64,000 bases of DNA from a virus. Location of the stretch: positions 1-64,000 of the IMG/VR virus record IMGVR_UViG_3300044837_000112. One strand, given 5' to 3'. Below, piece by piece: positions 57,424 through 64,000 of the stretch; the stretch's first letter is position 1, and each line of letters begins with the position of its first letter. The notes under the pieces were generated by a model. The model worked only from the letters and a program-made list of their open reading frames with translations, made no database searches and was not told the DNA's origin. The position numbers were made by a program, and so were the translations under genes.

Positions 57424-58329
57424 ATGAGCGTCCAAGAATACACTGACGATATGCTGAAGGATGTTGCCAAACTACTGGCGAAGCACTTCATTGCCAGGTC
57501 TGACGTGATGGCCCAGCAGCACCCCGACGGAGGCTACTCGCCTACCCGCGGGCCCCGTAACCCTGACGGTACACCTGGTGACCTGGCTGGCTTCTCCATG
57601 CCGGCCCTGATGAACCACCTCAAGGGTACGGCGACCCTGGGCCACTATCTGCTGAACAAAGATAACCAGTGCAAGCTGTTCGCCTTTGATATTGATATCG
57701 ACGGCATCAAGTCGGGTACGCCGAAAGAGGATTGGTGTCTGCTTCCAACCTCGTACATCGACGGCGAGTATCGCGAGTACTTCCACATCGATGGGAGGCT
57801 CGCCTGGAAGACTGATATGGCGGGATTCCAGCTAGACGGCGGGCCTACCTATACTCGGGATATGCAAATAGTGAGCCGCGACTTCCTGCGGTACCAGTTG
57901 CGCCGAGTGGCCGACGAACTGATGATCGCGATCCGAGAGAACTTGGAAATCCCGACCGTCTTCGCGTACACCGGCAACAAGGGTCTGCACGTGTACGGGT
58001 TTACTGGCCTGATGGACGCCAAAGATGTGCGTGAAGGGGCCGAAATCTGTGCGGAAGCCGCTAGAATGCGCCCGCATAAGGGGTCTAACTTCTGGAAACC
58101 GACCGATAACTTCGCTGAACCCTGCGCCCTAACGGTTGAGATCTTCCCCAAGCAGACGACCATCGGCGAGGACGGCTTCGGGAATCTGCTCCGTCTGCCC
58201 CTCGGAAAGAACCTGAAGAACCCGGAACACCCCACTTTCTTCTGTTCTGACGTGCCAGGTGGCGAAAGATCCTCTATCACCCCGGTCGATACTCTGCAGC
58301 TGTTTGAAACAGTCTTCCGAGGTCTGTAA
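57424..58329 (+). CDS. archaeo-eukaryotic primase (AEP/PrimPol) domain protein
   Basis: FAFDIDID, YTGNKGLHVY, EIFPKQ, GNLLRLPLG. Confidence 0.85.
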   Translation: MSVQEYTDDMLKDVAKLLAKHFIARSDVMAQQHPDGGYSPTRGPRNPDGTPGDLAGFSMPALMNHLKGTATLGHYLLNKDNQCKLFAFDIDIDGIKSGTPKEDWCLLPTSYIDGEYREYFHIDGRLAWKTDMAGFQLDGGPTYTRDMQIVSRDFLRYQLRRVADELMIAIRENLEIPTVFAYTGNKGLHVYGFTGLMDAKDVREGAEICAEAARMRPHKGSNFWKPTDNFAEPCALTVEIFPKQTTIGEDGFGNLLRLPLGKNLKNPEHPTFFCSDVPGGERSSITPVDTLQLFETVFRGL

Positions 58330-58449
58330 TCCAGTGTACCAAAATACCAGGGATTACTGTCTCGAAGTGCATAAAAAGCCCCATAAAAGGCGGGAAAACG
58401 CCGTGAAAGTGCCTAAAACTGAGCGGACGGCAACGGGGGGCAGAAGTAT

Positions 58450-60390
58450 ATGACAGATGTGAGTACGGCGGGGACTGTAGCGGTAGGTACTACAGTCCCC
58501 GCACCGCGATCTGGCAAGTTTGCGGAGGCTCTTGCAGCCCGCCGGGCGGCGAAGGCGGCAGAGTCTGGGGTAGAGAAGTCGCTACTAGAGGCAGTAGAAG
58601 ACTTCATCCCGGACATACCACCAGACCCGCTCACGGAGTATCAGTCGAAGGTGAACGCAGCCATCGAGGAGATCACCTTCCAGGAGGTCTTCGAGTTGAT
58701 GGTCTCGATGGGGATCATCTCCAGGTCGGCTAAGCCGATCAGCTCCTGGGTCGGCGACTCCAACAAGTTCTTCTGTCCGGACCCGTCCCACGACAACTCC
58801 GGCGGCACCATGAGTGCCTGGGGTTCCCGCGAGAAGGGGAAGTGGACCTGCTCCAAAGGCTGCGGCGATGGGGCAGGTGGTGGCGACAAGTTGTCGCTGG
58901 CTAAATATCTGTTCGGCGAAGAGTTCCACGACAGATGCAACAAATTAGCTGGCGCCCTGCGTGGTGTTAAGAAGCCTGAATTTTTGGTTGGTGGCCTCCC
59001 GCCGGAGTCACCAGTCGCCCTGGTGACACCTTCGACTTCAGTAGCTTCAGCTGAAGTAGCTGAAGTCGGTCCAGCCGGACCAGGGGAAACTACAGATCCG
59101 TTGCTACTGCGTTTCGATGGGAATGCAGTCCTTGCCTTCTCGTCAGTGAAGGATTCGTTCCTTCACAAATACGTTGCCGCAATGGCGCTCAGCTCATCCC
59201 CGGAAGAATTTAATCTGCCACTAGCCATGCTCGTGATTGCACTGGTCAGTGGCCGCCGCGTACAGTTGGACGACGAGTACCCCGTGATCCCGACGATGGG
59301 CATTGTCCTTGTTGGCACCTCGGGTGATGGAAAGACGAACAGCATAAAGCCAGCCAAGAAGCTAATGAGAACTGTTGATCCAGCCGGTCCCGAGAGGTTC
59401 GGCATCAACATCGACAAGAACGTAATCTCCGGACAGGAACTCGTCCACACCTTCCGGAAGGTTGAAAAGGATCTCGAAACCGGCGCCGTAACGGAGTACC
59501 CGATCCGGGCGCTACTCGAGTACCCAGAGTTCTCCGGCTTCTTTGGCAGTACGAAGATGACTGGGTCTTCACTCAAGACGTTCCTACACGAGATGCTCGA
59601 TGGGGACGAATACCTCGGCTACGGGAGCCGCTCCGCTGGAGGCAAGGTGATTGCCCGGAACGCTTTCGGATGCGTCATCTCGACAGTACAGACGGATATG
59701 CTGTCTTCCCTGTTTACGCGGGAAGACGCCGCGTCCGGCTTCATGAACCGCTTCATTATGATCAGCGGAACAGAGAAGGAGCAGGTTGGAATCAATCGAG
59801 CTGTCATCGACAGCGATGGGTATACCGCTGCCCTGCGAGAGGTGAAGTCCTTCTGCCACGGCACGGGGCGATCGAAGCCAATCCTCTGGAACCCTGACGC
59901 AGAAGCTCTGTATAACAAGATCTATAAAGAATATCTCAAACCGATCAAGGACGCTGACCGGCGTGCGCTACTAAAGCGTATCGACCTATACTTCAAAAAG
60001 TTCTGTCTCATCTTTGCAATCAACGAGCGTTCTGAGTATGTGCTGCCACACCATGTACAGATGGCCAGACAGATGACCACGTACATCGTGCCGACAAGTC
60101 AGACCATCTCCGAGAACGTCTTCGTCGCGGACGCGAACGACATGGACGAGTGGCTCGTCCGTCGGATCGGGGCGCTGGAGCTGCTGTCCAGAGAGAAGGA
60201 ACCGACCAAGGAGCACCACGGCCCAACCGTCGCCGCACTCGGACGCGAGTTTAAGAAGAAGAAATGGACCATTGAATCCGTCAACAAGGCACTCAAGGGT
60301 CTCGAGATCGCCGGCATCATCAAGGGGATCGACGGCGGCGGCAAGCGTGGCCAGCGAACTAAGTACTACTATCTTATCGAGCCAGACTAA
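58450..60390 (+). CDS. replication protein: Zn finger + DUF3987-like AAA+ helicase + C-terminal wHTH
   Basis: CPDPSH..WTCSKGC; GTSGDGKT; SGFMNRF; GKRGQRTKYY wing. Confidence 0.75.
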   Translation: MTDVSTAGTVAVGTTVPAPRSGKFAEALAARRAAKAAESGVEKSLLEAVEDFIPDIPPDPLTEYQSKVNAAIEEITFQEVFELMVSMGIISRSAKPISSWVGDSNKFFCPDPSHDNSGGTMSAWGSREKGKWTCSKGCGDGAGGGDKLSLAKYLFGEEFHDRCNKLAGALRGVKKPEFLVGGLPPESPVALVTPSTSVASAEVAEVGPAGPGETTDPLLLRFDGNAVLAFSSVKDSFLHKYVAAMALSSSPEEFNLPLAMLVIALVSGRRVQLDDEYPVIPTMGIVLVGTSGDGKTNSIKPAKKLMRTVDPAGPERFGINIDKNVISGQELVHTFRKVEKDLETGAVTEYPIRALLEYPEFSGFFGSTKMTGSSLKTFLHEMLDGDEYLGYGSRSAGGKVIARNAFGCVISTVQTDMLSSLFTREDAASGFMNRFIMISGTEKEQVGINRAVIDSDGYTAALREVKSFCHGTGRSKPILWNPDAEALYNKIYKEYLKPIKDADRRALLKRIDLYFKKFCLIFAINERSEYVLPHHVQMARQMTTYIVPTSQTISENVFVADANDMDEWLVRRIGALELLSREKEPTKEHHGPTVAALGREFKKKKWTIESVNKALKGLEIAGIIKGIDGGGKRGQRTKYYYLIEPD

Positions 60391-60404
60391 GCAGGGAGAA
60401 TGAC

Positions 60405-60746
60405 ATGCCCAAGAAGATCAGAACTGAACTGATCGAGGACGAAGAGAACGACATCAACGAGTTCGACATGCTGCACAAGGCGGCGGACGTGGCGACGGAT
60501 CTCTTCTTGAAGCAAGGCTGGCACATCCCGCACGGGGCCTACAAGGGTCCTCGGGTTCACCAGGAGCTGCTCCACGAGATCATCTTCGCGGCGTTGACCG
60601 AGACGTACCTCGCAGCCGTCAACTCGCCCGGCTGGGGACCGTTCCAGTGTCGAGGCACTGACAAGCGCCTGGCAATTCTGAAATGCCTAGAGCTGGACGG
60701 CCGGATTTCCTTCGAGACGATTTGCTACCTCGGCCCTGGGCGGTAG
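60405..60746 (+). CDS. hypothetical protein
   Basis: GGGAG RBS. Confidence 0.5.
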   Translation: MPKKIRTELIEDEENDINEFDMLHKAADVATDLFLKQGWHIPHGAYKGPRVHQELLHEIIFAALTETYLAAVNSPGWGPFQCRGTDKRLAILKCLELDGRISFETICYLGPGR

Positions 60747-60758
60747 ATCAACTAGCGG

Positions 60759-61223
60759 TAATGCGGAGCAAAATAATGCGGAGCACGAATCTTTTTCGTG
60801 CTCCGCATTACTCTCTGTCACGGGCAATAATGCGGAGTAAATCGGCTCCTACTTATTTACTACGAATTACTTTGGCTAGTTGATCTATAAATCGGTTATT
60901 CGGAGCGGCTCCCCAAAACATAAAGGAGCACGTTTGACCTGCGGTTATGCATAGAGGAGTGCGTAAAATGCGGAGCCGTACCGTCTATACCCGTAGGGCC
61001 ATACAGGTATCAAGAAACATCAAGTACTAAATTTCTCCCCTACGGTTACCGTGTGTAGTCATCCGAGTCCTTATACGAAGACTTTGATCACGGTATACGC
61101 CTAGCTCCTAATTCCCCTAATTCTCCTCATTGCGTTTTCGCAGGTCAAACGCCATATGATCATGCTCATACTACTACTACTACTAACTCCTACTTACTTA
61201 TATATATATATATTATAGATAAT
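60759..61223. other. putative replication origin: AATGCGGAG iterons, inverted repeats, AT-rich unwinding tract
   Basis: TAATGCGGAG at 60759, 60774, 60801(-), 60828; variants at 60896 and 60966; IR 60931-60943/61139-61151; (CTA)n/(TA)n at 61171-61223; downstream of primase/helicase. Confidence 0.6.
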
Positions 61224-61418
61224 GAACCATCTGAAGACCCTAAGATGGGGGGTGTAGGCGAGGGTCTATACAACTGGCTATATCTTTCTAGATGATCATG
61301 CTTTCAGAAAAACTTGGTGTGTGTTGCGCGAGGCAAGAGAGGCCCGATTTCGTGCCCGGTTTGTCATTTTTTGTCCGGTATGCCCCGATAATTTGTCCGT
61401 TTTGCCCCGATTCTAATG

Positions 61419-61620
61419 TGGACAAGTCCACATCGGACTGTCCGTTTTGCACCGATCTGTACCATTGGTCAGTCCGATATGGCACAGATGCCCGAGTCCA
61501 CATTGGACAGGTCTACATCGGACTGTCCGTTATACCCCGATCTGTACCATTGGCCAGTCCGATATGCACGAGATGACCCTGTTCCACATTGGACAGGTCT
61601 ACATCGGACTGTCCGTTATG
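61419..61620. repeat. 85-86-bp tandem repeat, about 2.4 copies
   Basis: units start with TGGACA at 61419, 61504 and 61590. Confidence 0.85.
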
Positions 61621-61630
61621 TCGTGATATC

Positions 61631-61658
61631 ATCACCGATAGTGTGCACTATCGGTGAT
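61631..61658. repeat. 13-bp-arm palindrome
   Basis: ATCACCGATAGTG-TG-CACTATCGGTGAT. Confidence 0.85.
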
Positions 61659-61730
61659 CTAGACCATCAGATGGTCCAAAGGTATGACCATTAGCATGAC
61701 CAGCCATCGTACAGGTGTGCTATGCGAGAC

Positions 61731-61744
61731 GTTTCACGTGAAAC
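61731..61744. promoter_or_regulatory. parS: chromosome-type parS site
   Basis: perfect GTTTCACGTGAAAC inside a 20-bp palindrome (61728-61747). Confidence 0.88.
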
Positions 61745-61865
61745 GTCAAAGATCATCTTCGTGTGGTCGCGTAGGGCTAGTTGATCTTGGTCTAGTCTTG
61801 GCGCGAGACTAGTTCACATCCACCATACCGTCTGGTGGTAAGACCTTTCCAACGGACCATCTGCA

Positions 61866-61906
61866 TGACTGTCTAATGGTCCTACCATTAGACCATTAGA
61901 CAGTCA
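61866..61906. repeat. 16-bp inverted repeat
   Basis: TGACTGTCTAATGGTC / GACCATTAGACAGTCA. Confidence 0.85.
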
Positions 61907-61962
61907 GACCATTGGCACAGCGGCCAGTCAAACCAGTAGTACGTGACACAAACTAAAAAGAA

Positions 61963-62275
61963 AGTTAACAGTCCGGTAAACAACCTTTACAATTGCCATC
62001 CAAGCAACTGTAAAGAAACCTAACCCAATGGTAAACAACCTTTACAGTTGCCCATACCCAACCATCCTAGGAAGCTAGGAGGCTAGGATGCCCACCACCA
62101 GCACTGTTAAGACTCTTTACAGTAACGCAAACCTTCTTTACAATTGCATCAGCAACTATCATCGCGGCAAACATCTAACTGTTAACAAACCTTCTTCAAT
62201 AGCAAACCTTGTTAACAGTCATCCATGATCACTGTTAACAAACCTTACCGTACAGCCAACCTTCCTAACAGTCGT
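61963..62275. repeat. A/C-skewed block of GTAAA/AAACCTT/TTTACA/TGTTAACA repeats
   Basis: GGTAAACAACCTTTACA(A/G)TTGCC at 61975 and 62030; ACTGTTAACAAACCTT at 62178 and 62231. Confidence 0.8.
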
Positions 62276-62888
62276 ACCACACCCACAACCTAGCCCATCT
62301 GTCAACCAGAAACGCCGGGCAATCCACCGAACGGTCTGACATCCAGCCCTAGCGGTTGGGTAGCCGAGCCGTTCGGTCATTCCGCTAGTTGATCTACGCC
62401 CGGCCGTCCGACGTCATCCGCCAATGGCCCATCTAGACCCCCTAGCGTCGCCACCGACGGGCGTTCTAGCGCCTGGTTATAACCACACCGACCTAGGCGA
62501 TTTCTCGCGGCACGATCGATCCTAGCGCGTTTCCGCTGGTCAACCGATGTGATCATTTGTCCGTATCGGTCCGCGTAGCGCCTACGGTGATCCAGTAGGC
62601 CACCGAATGTGGCCGAAAAACCCTTGACAATCACCCATCTGGCCGATACCTCATCGCCCGTAGGCGAGCTGTCCTAGCTTCCTAGGATGCGTCGCATCCC
62701 CCAAAGATCTAGGGCACCTGGGCATCCTAGGACACTAGGAAGGTGACCCGGCTGGGCATCCTAGGACACTAGGACGCTGGCCGAAAGGTTGATCCTCCGA
62801 ACGGTTGGCCAGGGCTGACCAGAAGTCTTTTTTGTCTAGCCGTTCGACAGCCGTTCTAGCGTGCATATGCGTGTCCTAGGCACTAGGA
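62063..62888. repeat. TCCTAGG-N2-3-CTAGGA motif family, five copies
   Basis: 18-bp IR 62063-62080/62672-62689; 23-bp DR 62718-62740/62752-62774; variant 62874-62888. Confidence 0.8.
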
Positions 62889-63205
62889 TTGGCGTAGCGC
62901 CAAAGACGGAACGAAAAACGGTACGGGGTAGGGGACGGGCCAGGGGCCAGGCGCAACCTAGCGCATGCGGGCCCCGGGCTAGTTGTTCGTTGACATCTGA
63001 ATGTGCCTGGTTACTAATGGGCACCACTCTGACCAACCATGGCGCTAGCTAGCGCCCGTTGCGTGATCTCGTAGACCTATGTGTCCGGGATATCCGACAT
63101 GCCTCAGCCATGGTTTAGCCCGTAGACGGGCTGGTCACCTGACGATGACTTTGGTTACGTCCTTATGACGGGCCGTTTTGATCCTCGTACGTTTCATGGT
63201 TTCTG

Positions 63206-63219
63206 GTTTCACGTGAAAC
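63206..63219. promoter_or_regulatory. parS: second chromosome-type parS site
   Basis: perfect GTTTCACGTGAAAC(A). Confidence 0.88.
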
Positions 63220-63246
63220 ATCGAGATCAACTAAAAGGCGGCTGTT

Positions 63247-63531
63247 ATGAGTGTTTTGGGCGTTATGACTCACCGTGATTTTCACGCGGAAACGCACGCG
63301 TTCCTCGCTAGTAAGGGCATCGACACGTCGTCGGACTCGTTCGACGAGATCGACGTCGATGACCTCCGCACCATGATCAGCCAGACGTTCGCCGACGAGG
63401 CGAACCTGGAGAAACTGTTTGCTATGCCGTATAACTCGGGCGCCCAGTTGGCGCTCGGTGGCGCGTTGTCCGTACTGCGGGCGTTGCGCAACGACTACGC
63501 CGACTTGATCAAGTACCTGATCGGAGCCTGA
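63247..63531 (+). CDS. small acidic hypothetical protein
   Basis: AAAGGCGG RBS; 94 aa. Confidence 0.6.
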   Translation: MSVLGVMTHRDFHAETHAFLASKGIDTSSDSFDEIDVDDLRTMISQTFADEANLEKLFAMPYNSGAQLALGGALSVLRALRNDYADLIKYLIGA

Positions 63532-63533
63532 TC

Positions 63534-63728
63534 ATGACGAAAACGGCTCGCACCATCGCTAGTCGGCTGGCCCGCGAATATGACGTTTGCGCTGGCAACT
63601 ACGAGCCAATCGGCGCGCAGATGGTCAACGATTGTGCACGCGCGCTCGACCTAGACTTTCCGGGCGTATGGGCCCACTACCGGGCGCTGGTAGCGGCGTC
63701 CGACTACGCCGCGCTGGTTCGGGCGTAG
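63534..63728 (+). CDS. small hypothetical protein
   Basis: GGAG RBS; 64 aa. Confidence 0.55.
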   Translation: MTKTARTIASRLAREYDVCAGNYEPIGAQMVNDCARALDLDFPGVWAHYRALVAASDYAALVRA

Positions 63729-63823
63729 GCAGGCGAGATCAAAACGGCCCGTGATATGGACGTAACCAAATGTGTCTGGTTTGAGTCATCTAGGCCGAAA
63801 GCTGACCTAAAGGCGGATTTACC

Positions 63824-64000
63824 ATGTTTGAGACAGACAAATTGAGCGATGCCGTGCGCGTCGGGACCTTTTCCGACATGCGCAAGACCGACTCGCTCCA
63901 GTGGATTCAGCGCGTTAGTGGTTTCGTGCTTGTCCGCTTCATGGAGGTTTCTTCGTTTTATCACTTTGAGGACTTTGTGTCCGTTATCGCGTACGGCTAT
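63824..64000 (+). CDS. hypothetical protein, truncated by the window end
   Basis: same CTAAAGGCGG RBS as 63247; MFETDKLSDAVRVG... is open to the end. Confidence 0.5.
   Translation, partial: MFETDKLSDAVRVGTFSDMRKTDSLQWIQRVSGFVLVRFMEVSSFYHFEDFVSVIAYGY

Larger units (their letters stand above)
60743..63233. repeat. dispersed motif (G)CTAGTTGATCT(A), five copies
   Basis: 60744-60756(-), 60875-60887, 61776-61787, 62384-62396, 63224-63233(-, partial). Confidence 0.8.
63150..63770. repeat. 34-bp inverted repeat (32/34) enclosing parS and two genes
   Basis: TTTGGTTACGTCCTTATGACGGGCCGTTTTGATC (63150-63183) vs GATCAAAACGGCCCGTGATATGGACGTAACCAAA (63737-63770). Confidence 0.88.

Noticed and set aside
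1302-60575. Numerous antisense and alternate-frame ORFs (e.g. 3849-4517, 15064-15795, 44180-44920, 50030-50953)
   Set aside because: These are shadow ORFs expected in high-GC coding DNA opposite well-supported genes.
61419-62275. CRISPR-like or mini-array reading of the tandem repeats
   Set aside because: Only 2-3 copies each, the inter-repeat sequences are themselves similar rather than unique spacers, and no cas operon is present.
61288-63052. ORF-track entries within the non-coding region (61288, 61292, 61416, 62377, 62836, 62861)
   Set aside because: No RBS; the translations simply mirror the DNA repeats.
63139-63800. Hammerhead ribozyme (CTGACGA at 63139 ... CGAAA at about 63796)
   Set aside because: GAAA does not directly follow the stem closing after CUGANGA, and no stem I/III with an NUH site could be built.

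Overview
This is a near-complete, GC-rich tailed (siphovirus-type) phage or phage-plasmid of an actinobacterial host, probably a filamentous/sporulating actinomycete; no host genes, tRNAs, CRISPR array or DNA polymerase are seen. The + strand arm (1-27.1 kb) is an early/accessory region. It holds a MoxR-type AAA+ ATPase with a CobT-like HExxH/VWA partner, a near host-identical BldC, a XerC/D-like tyrosine recombinase, a DUF397 (BldB-family) protein, an SSB-like protein, a SNF2 helicase, oligoribonuclease, a DnaN clamp, RusA, a beta-class DNA methyltransferase, WhiB and a Cas4/RecB-like nuclease. The - strand arm (57-27.1 kb) is the virion/lysis operon: TGT-like/Cys-cluster protein, terminase, Mu-like portal and protease, decoration protein, capsid, neck, tail tube, frameshifted tail chaperone, tape measure, minor tails, holin and endolysin. 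An AEP primase and a Zn-finger/helicase diverge from 57.4 kb. They are followed by about 2.5 kb of non-coding DNA built from blocks of different repeated motifs, with a likely origin and two perfect chromosome-type parS sites. A two-gene cassette enclosed by a 34-bp inverted repeat sits at the right end. The main candidate system, inferred rather than demonstrated, is a phage kit for hijacking host development and segregation: BldC + BldB-like + WhiB + host parS + a Xer-like resolvase + an array of regulator-like binding sites. All family calls come from motif recognition by eye; no searches were run.
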